Shown: positions 10,204 to 21,139, counted from the first letter of the stretch. The stretch is DNA of 64,000 nt from Trichlorobacter sp. (GCA_034007105.1 JAVERM010000001.1:8434-72433), one strand, 5' to 3'. Program-made: numbers and translations. Notes: a model not told the origin generated them from the sequence alone.

Positions 10204-12687
10204 ATGGATAACATGCTCAAAAATGAAAGAAAAAAACCAACCATCACTGATCTGCAAAAATCCTTTATCTACCACCTGCACCACACCCTGGTGAAAGACA
10301 AATTTTCAGCCACCAAATCCGATCTCTACCTGGCACTTGCCTATGCAGTGCGCGATCTGATGGCCATCCGCTGGCTGGAAACCCAGCAATCCTATTACAA
10401 GACCTCTTCCAAGCGGGTGTACTATATCTCTATGGAGTTTTTGATGGGGCGCACCCTTGGCAATGCCCTGATTAACATGGGCTTAATGGAAGAATGGGAT
10501 GAAGCATTAAAAGAACTGGGGCTGACCATTGAAGAGCTTCAGGAAAACGAGTGGGATGCAGGGCTTGGTAACGGCGGTCTTGGTCGTCTGGCAGCCTGTT
10601 TCCTTGACTCCATGGCAACCATGCAGCTTCCTGCCTACGGCTACGGTATCCGTTATGAATACGGCATGTTCTTGCAGAAAATTGTTGATAACGGTCAGCA
10701 TGAAGTGCCTGACAACTGGCTGCGCTACCAAAACCCTTGGGAATTCGATCGCCAGGAGCATCTGCACCCCATCCGTTATGGCGGAAAAGTTGTGGACTAT
10801 ATAGATAAAGATGGCTCACAACGCCACTCCTGGATTGATTTTTACGAGGTTATGGCACTGGCTTACGACATGCCGATACCTGGTTATAAAAACGACACTG
10901 TCAACACCCTGCGCCTTTGGTCTGCCAAGGCAAGCCGCGACTTTGACCTTAACTTTTTTAACCGTGGTGATTATGTCGGCTCTGTAGAATCAAAGATGAA
11001 AACCGAAAACATCTCCAAAGTGCTCTACCCTGCCGACCATATGCTGGAAGGCAAAGAGCTGCGTTTACGGCAGGAATATTTCCTTTCCTCGGCGACCATT
11101 CAGGATATTTTTTACCGTTTTGAAAAAGAATGTGATGACTTGCACAAGTTTTCAGACCGTGTGGCAATTCAGCTAAATGACACCCATCCGGTACTTTCCA
11201 TCCCTGAGCTGATGCGCATCCTGATAGATGAGAAAAAAATGACCTGGGAAGATGCCTGGCAGATAACTGTTAAAACCTTTGCCTACACCAACCACACCAT
11301 TTTGCAGGAAGCCCTGGAAACCTGGCCGGTACCGATGATCAGCAGCCTGCTACCTCGTCACCTGCAAATTATCTATGAAATAAACCGCCGCTTTCTGGAG
11401 GAAGTAAAAGAAAAATTCCCCAATGATCTGGCACGTTTGCAGCGCATGTCCATTATTGATGATTACGGTGAAAAAATGGTGCGCATGGCACACCTTGCCA
11501 TTGTTGCCAGCCATTCCATAAACGGTGTTTCGGCACTGCATTCAAACATCCTTCAGGAAGAGCTGTTCCGCGACTTTTACGAGCTGTGGCCATCACGGTT
11601 TAACAACAAAACCAACGGTATCACCCAGCGTCGCTGGCTGCGCTACTGCAACCCCTGGCTTTCAGACCTGATCAGCGAAGCCATTGGCGATAAATGGACA
11701 ACAGATCTGGATGAATTGCAAAACTTGCGGCCAATGGCTGAAGATACCGAATTTCGCAAACGCTGGATGGAAATAAAACGGATCAACAAAGAAAGACTTG
11801 CCCGCAGTATTTACGAATGCAATGGCGTTGCTGTATCACCTGATATGCTTTTTGACTGCCAGACCAAGCGTATTCACGAATACAAAAGACAACTACTTAA
11901 TATACTTCAGGTTATTGCCCGCTACAACCGATTGAAGCAATATCCAGGACTGGAGCTGCCACCGCGCACCGTTGTTTTTGGCGGCAAAGCTGCACCTTCT
12001 TACACCATGGCAAAACTGATCATCAAGCTGATCAACCATGTTGGCATGATCGTCAACAATGATCCGGCAGTACATAATCAGCTGAAAGTTATTTTTGTAC
12101 CCAACTATAACGTATCCATGGCTGAAAAAATCTTCCCTGCGGCTGATCTTTCCGAGCAGATTTCCACCGCAGGAACAGAAGCTTCCGGAACCGGCAACAT
12201 GAAGTACGCCTTAAACGGTGCCCTCACCATCGGTACGCTTGACGGTGCAAATATTGAGATTCGCGAAGAAGTTGGTGCCGAAAACTTCTTTATTTTCGGG
12301 CTGACCACCCCGCAGGCACTAAGTCTGCGTGCCTCCGGCTACCGTCCGCAGGATTACTACTACCGCCTGCCGGAACTAAAACAGGTAATTGATCAGGTAA
12401 ACTCCGGCTTTTTCTCACCAGGCAACCCTGATCTGTTCAAACCACTGGTGAACAACCTGTTGGGCACTGATTATTACCTGCTGCTGGCTGACTTTGATTC
12501 CTACATGGACGCACAAGCCGATGTGGACCGGCTGTATATGATTCCGGATGAGTGGGCACGTAAATCAATCCTCAACACTGCCGGCATGGGTAAATTTTCC
12601 AGCGACCGCACCATTGCTGAATATGCCAGCGAAATCTGGGGCATCAAACCCCAGCCGGTTGTGCGTAGCGGAGCATATCACTGGTAA
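10204..12687 (+). CDS. glgP: Glycogen/alpha-glucan phosphorylase
   Basis: LGNGGLGRLAACFLDS, QLNDTHP, KRIHEYKRQLLN, EASGTGNMK PLP motif; start uncertain (10204 or 10213). Confidence 0.97.
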   Translation: MDNMLKNERKKPTITDLQKSFIYHLHHTLVKDKFSATKSDLYLALAYAVRDLMAIRWLETQQSYYKTSSKRVYYISMEFLMGRTLGNALINMGLMEEWDEALKELGLTIEELQENEWDAGLGNGGLGRLAACFLDSMATMQLPAYGYGIRYEYGMFLQKIVDNGQHEVPDNWLRYQNPWEFDRQEHLHPIRYGGKVVDYIDKDGSQRHSWIDFYEVMALAYDMPIPGYKNDTVNTLRLWSAKASRDFDLNFFNRGDYVGSVESKMKTENISKVLYPADHMLEGKELRLRQEYFLSSATIQDIFYRFEKECDDLHKFSDRVAIQLNDTHPVLSIPELMRILIDEKKMTWEDAWQITVKTFAYTNHTILQEALETWPVPMISSLLPRHLQIIYEINRRFLEEVKEKFPNDLARLQRMSIIDDYGEKMVRMAHLAIVASHSINGVSALHSNILQEELFRDFYELWPSRFNNKTNGITQRRWLRYCNPWLSDLISEAIGDKWTTDLDELQNLRPMAEDTEFRKRWMEIKRINKERLARSIYECNGVAVSPDMLFDCQTKRIHEYKRQLLNILQVIARYNRLKQYPGLELPPRTVVFGGKAAPSYTMAKLIIKLINHVGMIVNNDPAVHNQLKVIFVPNYNVSMAEKIFPAADLSEQISTAGTEASGTGNMKYALNGALTIGTLDGANIEIREEVGAENFFIFGLTTPQALSLRASGYRPQDYYYRLPELKQVIDQVNSGFFSPGNPDLFKPLVNNLLGTDYYLLLADFDSYMDAQADVDRLYMIPDEWARKSILNTAGMGKFSSDRTIAEYASEIWGIKPQPVVRSGAYHW

Positions 12688-13982
12688 TGAAAACAGCATT
12701 ACCAGGCACCCCCCTTGCCGAGCGTATCCGCCCTCGCAATCTGGCAGAATTTTACGGACAGGAACATCTGCTGGGGGCAGGCAAGGCATTACGGGTAATG
12801 ATTGAAAAAGATCAGGTGGTCTCCATGATTTTCTGGGGACCGCCTGGCTGCGGCAAAACCACCCTTGCCCATATTGTTGCCAATGCCACTGGCGCAAATT
12901 TTATCTTTTTCTCGGCCATCATGGCTGGTGTAAAAGAGATCCGCGAGATTTTCAGGCAGGCAGAAGAGCAGGCAGCAAACAACATCCGCACCATTTTGTT
13001 TGTTGATGAAATCCACCGTTTCAACAAAGCCCAGCAGGATGCTTTTTTACCTGCCGTTGAAAAAGGGCTGGTCACCATCATCGGTGCCACCACTGAAAAT
13101 CCCTCCTTTGAAGTCATCGCCCCCCTGCTTTCCCGCTGCCGTGTACTCAAGTTGCAACCGCTGGAACAGGAAGAACTGGCAGAACTTGTACATTTTGCCC
13201 TTACCGATGAAGAGCGGGGGTTGGGCGGATTAAAAATCACCATTACTGATGATGCACTGGATTTTTTAAGCGAAGCAGCGACAGGTGATGCCCGCAAAGC
13301 CTTAAATACAGTTGAGCTGGCAGCAAAACTACTACCGGAAAACGTGACCGAGATCAGCCTTTTGCAGATGCAGGAAGCATTACAGCAAAAAGCCCTGCTT
13401 TACGATAAAGGCGGGGAAGAACATTACAATGTTATTTCGGCATTTATCAAATCAGTGCGGGGCAGCGATCCGGACGCTGCACTTTACTGGCTGGCAAGAA
13501 TGTTGGAAGCGGGCGAAGACCCGCTTTTTATACTGCGCAGGATGATTATCCTGGCTTCAGAGGATATCGGTAATGCCGACCCCCGCGCCTTGCAGCTTGC
13601 AGTATCTGCATTGCATGGCTTCCAGATGGTGGGAATGCCGGAAGGGCGCATCATCCTGGGGCAGGCTGCCACCTACCTTGCCGTAGCCCCCAAATCCAAC
13701 GCTTCCTATTGCGGCATTGATAACGCCCTGGCAGCAGTACGCAAAAGCGGAGCATTACCTGTGCCGCTGCATATCCGCAACGCCCCCACCAAACTGATGA
13801 AAGAACAGGGCTACCACCAGGGTTATCGTTACGCTCATGATTATGAAGACAGCTATGTGCAGCAACAATATCTGCCGGATAAATTAAAGGACAAAAAGTT
13901 TTACGCACCCAAAGGCAATGGTTATGAGAAGTATATTATTGAAAGAATGCAGTGGTTGCAAAACAAGAAGAACAGGGGCTGA
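12687..13982 (+). CDS. rarA: Replication-associated recombination protein A (MgsA family AAA+)
   Basis: PLAERIRP, WGPPGCGKTT, DEIHRFNKAQQD, GATTENPSF, SAFIKSVRGSDPDA. Confidence 0.96.
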   Translation: MKTALPGTPLAERIRPRNLAEFYGQEHLLGAGKALRVMIEKDQVVSMIFWGPPGCGKTTLAHIVANATGANFIFFSAIMAGVKEIREIFRQAEEQAANNIRTILFVDEIHRFNKAQQDAFLPAVEKGLVTIIGATTENPSFEVIAPLLSRCRVLKLQPLEQEELAELVHFALTDEERGLGGLKITITDDALDFLSEAATGDARKALNTVELAAKLLPENVTEISLLQMQEALQQKALLYDKGGEEHYNVISAFIKSVRGSDPDAALYWLARMLEAGEDPLFILRRMIILASEDIGNADPRALQLAVSALHGFQMVGMPEGRIILGQAATYLAVAPKSNASYCGIDNALAAVRKSGALPVPLHIRNAPTKLMKEQGYHQGYRYAHDYEDSYVQQQYLPDKLKDKKFYAPKGNGYEKYIIERMQWLQNKKNRG

Positions 13983-14018
13983 AAACTGCGTTGAATATGC
14001 AAACAACCTGCTTCACAT

Positions 14019-14618
14019 TTACAAGACACCTTTGGTGGACATCACCACCCCACTAACCCTGCTATCCAGAGCAGTGGCAACATCCATTGCACGTCCAAAA
14101 GCCTTGAAACAGGCCTCAATAATATGGTGGGCATTACTGCCGTAAAGCAGATTAACGTGCAGATTACAGCCGCAACTATTGGCAAATGCCTGAAAAAACT
14201 CTTTTACCAGCTCGGTGGCAAAGCTGCCCACCAGCGGTGTGGATATCTCAACATTGTAAACCAGGTAGGCACGTCCGGAAAGATCAACTGTAACCTCTGC
14301 CAAAGCCTCATCCATCGGCACCCGTACAGAGCCAAAGCGGTTTATCCCCTTTTTATCCGCCAAAGCCTGCTTAAATGCCTCACCCAGCACAATCCCCACA
14401 TCTTCCACAGTATGGTGGAAATCTATCTCAATATCGCCAACAGCCTGCAATTGCAGATCAAAAAGACCATGACGGCTAAATGATGTCAGCAGATGATCCA
14501 GAAACGGCACAGAACTGCTGATTTTCGAAACACCTCTGCCATCAACTGCAAGATCAAGGTTTATATCGGTTTCTGATGTTTTACGGCTGATTGTTGCAGT
14601 ACGTAATATTTGAGACAT
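14019..14618 (-). CDS. hisB: Imidazoleglycerol-phosphate dehydratase
   Basis: [36 protein letters not shown]. Confidence 0.97.
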   Translation of the reverse strand: MSQILRTATISRKTSETDINLDLAVDGRGVSKISSSVPFLDHLLTSFSRHGLFDLQLQAVGDIEIDFHHTVEDVGIVLGEAFKQALADKKGINRFGSVRVPMDEALAEVTVDLSGRAYLVYNVEISTPLVGSFATELVKEFFQAFANSCGCNLHVNLLYGSNAHHIIEACFKAFGRAMDVATALDSRVSGVVMSTKGVL

Positions 14619-14632
14619 TAAATACTCCTTTT

Positions 14633-15700
14633 TTACCCCTTAATTTCCTGTGACAACGCCAAAACAGCTAAGGTGCGCTCCATCTCCTCATCAGTACCAA
14701 TGGATATACGCACCCCATGCGCCAGAAGCGGATCAGCAAAGTAGCGCACCAAAACCAGATGGCGGTACAGATTGTCATACATTTTCCAGCCATCCAGATC
14801 AGGCGGAATGACAAACAGAAAATTACCGCTTGAAGGCAGCACCTGAAAACCTGCTGCCACAACAGCCCGCGAAAACCAGTTGCGGGTATCCACAACCTTG
14901 TTGCGCTGTTGCATAAAATAATCCTGATCCTGCAAGGCTGCCAGGCAGGCAACCTGCGCCAGTCGGTCAAGATTATAATGATCCCGTATCTTGTCCAGCG
15001 CAGCAATAACAGCTGGTCTGGCAATGGCAAACCCAAGCCGCATACCTGCCAGAGCATAGCTTTTGGACATGGTGCGGGTAATCACAACATTTTCATACTG
15101 CCTTACCAGATCAAGTGCGTTATACTCATTAAAATCAGCGTAAGCTTCATCAATAATCAGCAAACCGTCGCAGCGCTCGGCAAGCTCGGCGATATAATCA
15201 AGCTTGAATGAAAAACCAAGGGGTGAATTTGGCGTAGTCAGGAAAAGCAACTTCCCGTTATAACGCTCAGGAAAATCAGCAAGCTGCTGCCTGTCATCGG
15301 TAAGCCCGAAAGTTCGTACCTTTGCCCCCTGCACCTGGGCCAATGTGGCGTAATAAGAATAGGAGGGATGTACGTAGGCGATCTCTTCACCTTCGGCAGC
15401 ACAGGCACGGATAAGGTTATTCAGCAGCTCATCTGATCCGTTAGCCATAATCACCCATGCCGGATCAAACCCGTACAGATAACCAACCTCCTCACGCAAC
15501 CGCTCACTGCCCGCACTTGGGTAAGTGCGCAAAAGGGTAGCATCAGCACCCAGCTCTTCCAGGATAGCCATTTTCACTCGCGGGGAAGGTGGGTAAGGAT
15601 TCTCATTGGTATTAAGCTTAACCCAATTGGCTATATCCGGTGGCTGAAAACCCGGGATGTAGCCTGCCATCTCTTTTATATTTTGCCGTAAAATTTTCAT
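14633..15700 (-). CDS. hisC: Histidinol-phosphate aminotransferase
   Basis: [37 protein letters not shown]. Confidence 0.95.
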   Translation of the reverse strand: MKILRQNIKEMAGYIPGFQPPDIANWVKLNTNENPYPPSPRVKMAILEELGADATLLRTYPSAGSERLREEVGYLYGFDPAWVIMANGSDELLNNLIRACAAEGEEIAYVHPSYSYYATLAQVQGAKVRTFGLTDDRQQLADFPERYNGKLLFLTTPNSPLGFSFKLDYIAELAERCDGLLIIDEAYADFNEYNALDLVRQYENVVITRTMSKSYALAGMRLGFAIARPAVIAALDKIRDHYNLDRLAQVACLAALQDQDYFMQQRNKVVDTRNWFSRAVVAAGFQVLPSSGNFLFVIPPDLDGWKMYDNLYRHLVLVRYFADPLLAHGVRISIGTDEEMERTLAVLALSQEIKG

Positions 15701-15916
15701 GGACCAAAAAATATCATGGTATGCTGGTTTTAGGCAATAGCAGGACGCTTATACAATAAATTACCGTAACAGTTATGCCAGTACAAACAGTTTCTGTATG
15801 CAATATTTATCATCATGTAAAACCGTTTTTTTGATTTGGTTGCAAAATCGGCGTTTTCGTTATACATATTACCCTGTTTTTTCAGGCAATAAATAAGCAT
15901 GTTTCAGGAGGAATAG

Positions 15917-16423
15917 ATGGCTAAGGAAGAACAAAACGGTGCAGAAACCAATGAAGGCGGTAAAAAGAAGCTTTTTATCATCATTGGTGCTGTGGCTTTG
16001 GTGCTGATTATCGGTGGTGTGGCTGCTTTTATGATGCTTGGTGGTAAAAAAACAGAGGCACCGCCTGCTGATGGTGCTGCGGCAGCAGCCCCTGCTGCTC
16101 CGGCTCCGGTTGCTGCCGGTGTTGATACTGTCTTCTCCATGGATCCGTTTATTGTGAATATTTACGATGGTATGGAGTTGCGCTACCTGAAGGTCAAGGT
16201 GGAAATGGAAATGGCCAATCCGGCATTTAAGCCTGAGCTTGAGGGCAGACTGGCTGCTATCCGTGATGCAATTTTGGTGCTTTTAACCACCAAGACTTTG
16301 CAGGATATTCAGGATGTTCAGGGGAAAAACCAGTTGCGCGAAGAGATTTTAGCAGCAGTTAGCAGGATTATTTCCCAGGGCAAGGTTACCAAAGTTTATT
16401 TTACTGATTTTGTGGTGCAATAG
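15917..16423 (+). CDS. fliL: Flagellar basal body-associated protein FliL
   Basis: N-terminal TM, PFIVNI, IRDAIL, C-terminal VYFTDFVVQ. Confidence 0.93.
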   Translation: MAKEEQNGAETNEGGKKKLFIIIGAVALVLIIGGVAAFMMLGGKKTEAPPADGAAAAAPAAPAPVAAGVDTVFSMDPFIVNIYDGMELRYLKVKVEMEMANPAFKPELEGRLAAIRDAILVLLTTKTLQDIQDVQGKNQLREEILAAVSRIISQGKVTKVYFTDFVVQ

Positions 16424-16432
16424 CGGCAGATT

Positions 16433-17416
16433 ATGGAGAAGATTCTTACCAAATCCGAGATTGAATCGCTGCTTAATGCTGTTTTTGATGGCAGGATAGA
16501 CCCAGAAGAAGAGCTGGTAAAATCTGAAGGCAGTGCAATCAATTACGATCTCTTTAATACCGAGGCGTACCGCGGGTTTGTGCCAAACCTGGATATTGTC
16601 TATGACGGTTTTATCCGCCATAGCCGGATTACTCTATCAAACCGTTTGCGCAAATCCGTGGAAATAAAAAAGATTGGTGCAAAATCATACAAGTATGATG
16701 ACTTTATCCAGACTTTGCCTTCACCGGTATGCATGGGTATCTACAAACTTGATCCGCTTAAAGGAGCTGCCCTGGTGGCAATGGACAGTGCCCTTTCCTT
16801 TGCCGTTATTGACAGCATTCTGGGCGGCACCAGCAAGGCAGCCCTAAACCCCAACCGTCTGTTCACCAACCTTGAGCTGAAACTGATGGAAAGGGTAACC
16901 ACCGATATTCTTTCAGACCTGGAAAAAGCCTGGCTGCCACTTTATCCTGCAAAACTTAATCTGTTGCGCATGGAGATGAACCCGCGACTGGTTACCATTG
17001 TGCCGCCGGAATACCAAGTTGTAACCATGATGATCAAGGTGCAGGTGGAAGAAACCACCGGCACCATGATTTTTGCTGTACCGGTAATGACCATTGAGCC
17101 AATCAGGGACAAACTGAAAGAAGGTATGCAGTTTGACTTGATGGCCATTGATCCACAGTGGTCTTTCAGGCTTTCAAACGAAATTCTTGATGCACCTATG
17201 GAGATGTCTATTGAGCTTGGCACAGCCTCAATCACCCTTAGTGAGCTGCTGGAGCTTGCGGTGGGCGACACCATTATGCTCAGTAAACCCAGCACAAGCG
17301 AGCTTCTGGTAAAGGTGGAAGGTGTACCCAAGTTTTTATCCATCCCTGGTGTAAGACATGGCAATAAGGCATTTCAGATAAGTAGTATTCCGACTGATAA
17401 GGGGAAATTAAAGTGA
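16433..17416 (+). CDS. fliM: Flagellar motor switch protein FliM
   Basis: ILTKSEIESLL CheY-binding N-terminus, EMNPRLV, C-terminal SpoA domain. Confidence 0.93.
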   Translation: MEKILTKSEIESLLNAVFDGRIDPEEELVKSEGSAINYDLFNTEAYRGFVPNLDIVYDGFIRHSRITLSNRLRKSVEIKKIGAKSYKYDDFIQTLPSPVCMGIYKLDPLKGAALVAMDSALSFAVIDSILGGTSKAALNPNRLFTNLELKLMERVTTDILSDLEKAWLPLYPAKLNLLRMEMNPRLVTIVPPEYQVVTMMIKVQVEETTGTMIFAVPVMTIEPIRDKLKEGMQFDLMAIDPQWSFRLSNEILDAPMEMSIELGTASITLSELLELAVGDTIMLSKPSTSELLVKVEGVPKFLSIPGVRHGNKAFQISSIPTDKGKLK

Positions 17417-17721
17417 CTGAAAATCAGGAAGCGGCTGAGACAGCAAAAACCGATACTGAGCGTCAAAACCTTGAATTTATTTTAGATATACCACTTCAGG
17501 TAACTGTTGAACTGGGGCGCACCAAAATGCTGGTAAAGGATATTTTGCAGCTTAACCAGGGTGCTGTGGTTGAATTGACCAAGCTTGCCGGTGAGCCGCT
17601 GGATATTTTTGTCAACTCCAAGCTGGTTGCAAGAGGTGAGGCAGTGGTGGTCAGCGAGAAATTCGGCGTGCGGCTGGTGGATATTGTCAGCCCCAATGAG
17701 CGGGTAGAGAAGATTTTGTGA
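17413..17721 (+). CDS. fliN: Flagellar motor switch protein FliN
   Basis: ILDIPLQVTVELGRT, ARGEAVVVSEKFGVR. Confidence 0.96.
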   Translation: MTENQEAAETAKTDTERQNLEFILDIPLQVTVELGRTKMLVKDILQLNQGAVVELTKLAGEPLDIFVNSKLVARGEAVVVSEKFGVRLVDIVSPNERVEKIL

Positions 17722-18119
17722 TGCAGCCTGCCCTGGCACAGGGAGATGGGGCTTTGCCTGCAACAACCATTGATAATTTCAGCCTGCTGTCCAGTCTGTT
17801 ACAGATGTCAGCAGCACTTTTGCTGGTTTTGGGTCTGATTCTGCTGGTTTATTACCTTGCAAACAAACTTTTTAACCGTGTGCCATCATTGCGCCCGGGC
17901 GGTCGTTACGTCAGGGTAATTGAAATACGCCAGCTGGAACCACGTAAGGCATTGATACTTGTGGAAGTTGCCGGTGAGTATCTGCTTTTGTCCAGCAGCG
18001 AAAACGGTTTAAACCTGATTAAGCAGGTTCCCCTGCTGGAGGAGGGTGAAATTATCGATGAAGCAGCCTCCAAAACCTCCTTTTCCTCAATCCTGAAACG
18101 GCTTAAAAAAGACTCCTGA
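17718..18119 (+). CDS. fliO: Flagellar biogenesis protein FliO
   Basis: Single TM then LEPRKALILVEVAGEYLLL; between fliN and fliP. Confidence 0.85.
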   Translation: MMQPALAQGDGALPATTIDNFSLLSSLLQMSAALLLVLGLILLVYYLANKLFNRVPSLRPGGRYVRVIEIRQLEPRKALILVEVAGEYLLLSSSENGLNLIKQVPLLEEGEIIDEAASKTSFSSILKRLKKDS

Positions 18120-18143
18120 AGCTAAAATCACGGTACATCCAAC

Positions 18144-18923
18144 ATGCTTTCAAAATCATCTTTATTTAAAACACTGAAAATACTGTCCTTTGCCCTGCTA
18201 CCGATGATTCTGTTTGCTTTTTCCGGTTTGGCATGGGCAGAACCGTTTTCGCTGCCTTCCCTGAATATCGGCATCGGCACTGCCAATAATCCTGGGCAGG
18301 TGTCCACCACCATTCAGATATTTTTACTGCTTACGGTTTTATCACTGGCACCAAGCCTGCTGATTATGACCACATCTTTTACCCGCATTGTGGTTGTACT
18401 TTCATTTTTGCGCACTGCCATGGGAACTCAGCAAGCACCTTCCAACCAAATTGTGCTGGCTTTGGCGATGTTTCTTACCTTTTTTATCATGACGCCGGTC
18501 TGGCAGCAGATTAACACCAACGCCTACCAGCCTTACCGAGCAGGCAAACTTTCCCAGGATCAGGCGTTTGAACAGGCTGTAAAACCTGTCCGTACCTTTA
18601 TGCTTTCCCAGACCCGTGAAAAGGATCTGGCACTTTTTGTCAGTCTATCCAAACAGGCACGCCCCAACCGCCCTGATGACATACCTACGCTCACCATTAT
18701 TCCGGCATTTATTATCTCTGAACTGCGCACTGCTTTTCAGATCGGTTTTCTGATTTACATCCCGTTTATTGTGGTGGATATGGTGGTTGCCTCTGTGCTG
18801 ATGTCCATGGGTATGATGATGTTGCCGCCGGTTATGATTTCATTACCATTTAAAATACTGCTTTTTGTGCTGGTGGATGGCTGGGGACTGGTAATCAGCT
18901 CGCTGGTAAAGAGTTTTGGATAG
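18144..18923 (+). CDS. fliP: Flagellar export gate FliP
   Basis: TSFTRIVVVLSFLRTAMG, MGMMMLPP, LPFKILLFVLVDGW. Confidence 0.97.
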   Translation: MLSKSSLFKTLKILSFALLPMILFAFSGLAWAEPFSLPSLNIGIGTANNPGQVSTTIQIFLLLTVLSLAPSLLIMTTSFTRIVVVLSFLRTAMGTQQAPSNQIVLALAMFLTFFIMTPVWQQINTNAYQPYRAGKLSQDQAFEQAVKPVRTFMLSQTREKDLALFVSLSKQARPNRPDDIPTLTIIPAFIISELRTAFQIGFLIYIPFIVVDMVVASVLMSMGMMMLPPVMISLPFKILLFVLVDGWGLVISSLVKSFG

Positions 18924-18936
18924 GAGGTAAACTGAA

Positions 18937-19206
18937 ATGACTCCGGAACTGGTTGTACAGATAGCCAAACGTGCCTTTGAAACAACCTTGCTGATGGCAT
19001 CTCCTTTACTTATTGCCAGCCTGGTGGTTGGTCTTAGTATCAGTATTTTTCAGGCGGTTACTTCCATCAACGAAACCACCCTTACCTTTGCACCGAAAAT
19101 CGTTGCCGTAATGATTTCTGTAATTATTTTCTTCCCTTGGATGATGAGCTACATGGCTGATTTCACGAGAGAAATATACAGCTTTATTGAGATAATGCGC
19201 CGTTAG
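18937..19206 (+). CDS. fliQ: Flagellar export gate FliQ
   Basis: GLSISIFQAVTSINETTLTFAPKI. Confidence 0.96.
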   Translation: MTPELVVQIAKRAFETTLLMASPLLIASLVVGLSISIFQAVTSINETTLTFAPKIVAVMISVIIFFPWMMSYMADFTREIYSFIEIMRR

Positions 19207-19210
19207 CACC

Positions 19211-20008
19211 ATGTTTCCCTTTACCTCACCCCTGCCTTCTCCTGCTGATATCTTCCTTTTTGCCCTGGTACTTTGCCGCATTGCCGGTCTGTTTGCAGCC
19301 ATGCCTTTGCTGGGAGGTCGTCGCGTACCCATGCGTTTTAAGGCAGCCATGGTTTTTGGCATAGCAACAGTTACCATGCCGGTTTTGCAACTTACACCGC
19401 TGCCAATGCCAGCCGATATGTTTGGACTGGGGATATTGGTGGTTAAAGAGATGCTGGTTGGGGTTACCCTTGGGTTTATCACCCAACTTATCTTTGCAGC
19501 TGTGGAGTTTAGCGGGCAGATTATCGGTATGCAGATGGGTTTCAGCATTTCGCAACTAATTGATCCGGCGCAGGGCAACCAGGCGCAGATTATGTCTGTT
19601 ATGCAGATATTGCTGGCTTCACTCTTTTTTTTGTCCCTTAACATCCATCATCTTTTTATCCAGGCCATTGTGGACAGCTTTAAAGTGGTACCCATTGCTG
19701 GCTGGCAGATGAGCGAAGAATTGATCCGTTTTCTGGTGCAAGTATCTTCAGAACTATTGGTGCTGGGCATAAGAATTGCAGCACCTGTTATGGTAACTTT
19801 GCTGCTGGCATCTGTTGTGCTTGGTGTTATGGCACGTACCTTTCCGCAAATGAACGTTTTTATGATCAGCTTTCCCATGAAAATCGGGCTTGGTTTTATT
19901 GTACTTGGCTCTACCTTGCTGATTTTTTTCCATGTGCTGGAGGTTTCCTTCGGGCAACTGAAACAGCAAATTGATACTGTTTACCAGTTGATGTCAAAGG
20001 GGGGATGA
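19211..20008 (+). CDS. fliR: Flagellar export gate FliR
   Basis: Multi-TM, GQIIGMQMGF, ARTFPQMNVFMISFP. Confidence 0.95.
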   Translation: MFPFTSPLPSPADIFLFALVLCRIAGLFAAMPLLGGRRVPMRFKAAMVFGIATVTMPVLQLTPLPMPADMFGLGILVVKEMLVGVTLGFITQLIFAAVEFSGQIIGMQMGFSISQLIDPAQGNQAQIMSVMQILLASLFFLSLNIHHLFIQAIVDSFKVVPIAGWQMSEELIRFLVQVSSELLVLGIRIAAPVMVTLLLASVVLGVMARTFPQMNVFMISFPMKIGLGFIVLGSTLLIFFHVLEVSFGQLKQQIDTVYQLMSKGG

Positions 20009-20011
20009 TCC

Positions 20012-21082
20012 CTGGCAGAAGACGACAAGCATTCAAAAACCGAACAGCCGACCTCCCGCAAGCTGGAAGAATCCCGCAAAAAAGGGGCACCACCTTCTTC
20101 GCAGATGATGACCCAGGGATTAACTCTGCTTGCCGGCATGTCGGCTCTTTATATTTTTGGCGGTCATTTACTGGACGGTCTGCAAAAAAACCTGCTGGCA
20201 GTGTACAGCCGTATCGGCACCTATGAGCTGACACCAGAAAACGTGCATACCCTGTTTATAACCACTTCCAGCACGATTTTATTGCTGCTTTTGCCCATAG
20301 TTTCACTGGTTATGATAACCGGCGTACTCTCCCATGTCATGCAGGACAAGGGACGTTTTGAGCTGCGCTGGGAAAGAATGGCAGTCAAGTTTGAAAAACT
20401 TAATCCGCTTAATGGAGTTAAAAAGCTTTTCAACAAAGATGCTCTGGTTGAAATCCTTAAATCACTGCTTAAAATGGCTATTATTGGCTGGATAGCCTAT
20501 CGTGTGATGCAGGATGAGCTGCAAAACCTGATGTTTCTTGCAGAGTCAGATATCAGCGAGATTGTGACCTATGCCGGTCATGTTGCCTTTAAGATAGTCA
20601 TCCATACCTGTGGTATTTTACTGCTTATCTCCATACTTGATCTTGCCTACGTAAAATGGCGGCATATTGAAAACCTTAAAATGACCAAGCAGGAAGTAAA
20701 AGATGAGCATAAAAATCAGGAAGGTGATCCAAAGGTTAAATCAAAACTGAAAAGCTTGCAGTTTCAGGCTGCCCGCCGCCGCCTTACCGCTATCATACCC
20801 ACAGCCGATGTAATCATCACCAACCCCACCCATTATGCCGTTGCCCTTAAGTACGACCGCGCCAGCATGATGGCTCCCATGGTAATTGCCAAAGGTGTGG
20901 ATGAAATGGCGCAGGCAATAAAGGCAATGGGACGGGAACATAAAATAACACTGGTGGAAAACCGGCATCTGGCACGGGAACTTTACGATCAGGTGAAGGA
21001 AAACCAGGAAATACCCGAAGCACTTTATGCAGCAGTGGCAGAAATTCTCGCCCATGTGTACCGGCTGAAAGGGATAGTTTAA
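20012..21082 (+). CDS. flhB: Flagellar export switch FlhB (probable CTG start)
   Basis: NPTH autocleavage motif and KMTKQEVKDE; conserved N-terminus AEDDKHSKTEQPTSRKLEESRKKG is in frame upstream of the track's ATG (20105) and begins at CTG 20012. Confidence 0.92.
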   Translation: MAEDDKHSKTEQPTSRKLEESRKKGAPPSSQMMTQGLTLLAGMSALYIFGGHLLDGLQKNLLAVYSRIGTYELTPENVHTLFITTSSTILLLLLPIVSLVMITGVLSHVMQDKGRFELRWERMAVKFEKLNPLNGVKKLFNKDALVEILKSLLKMAIIGWIAYRVMQDELQNLMFLAESDISEIVTYAGHVAFKIVIHTCGILLLISILDLAYVKWRHIENLKMTKQEVKDEHKNQEGDPKVKSKLKSLQFQAARRRLTAIIPTADVIITNPTHYAVALKYDRASMMAPMVIAKGVDEMAQAIKAMGREHKITLVENRHLARELYDQVKENQEIPEALYAAVAEILAHVYRLKGIV

Positions 21083-21123
21083 CAGCCTGTATCCGGAGCA
21101 GTAAAAGCCGCCCAGGAGTCTGT

Positions 21124-21139
21124 TGTCATATTTTTGACA
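21124..21139. promoter_or_regulatory. Palindromic enhancer-type site upstream of flhA (FleQ-like box)
   Basis: TGTCA-TATTTT-TGACA, fits GTCA-N6-TGAC; ~160 bp upstream of a sigma54 -24 element. Confidence 0.55.
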
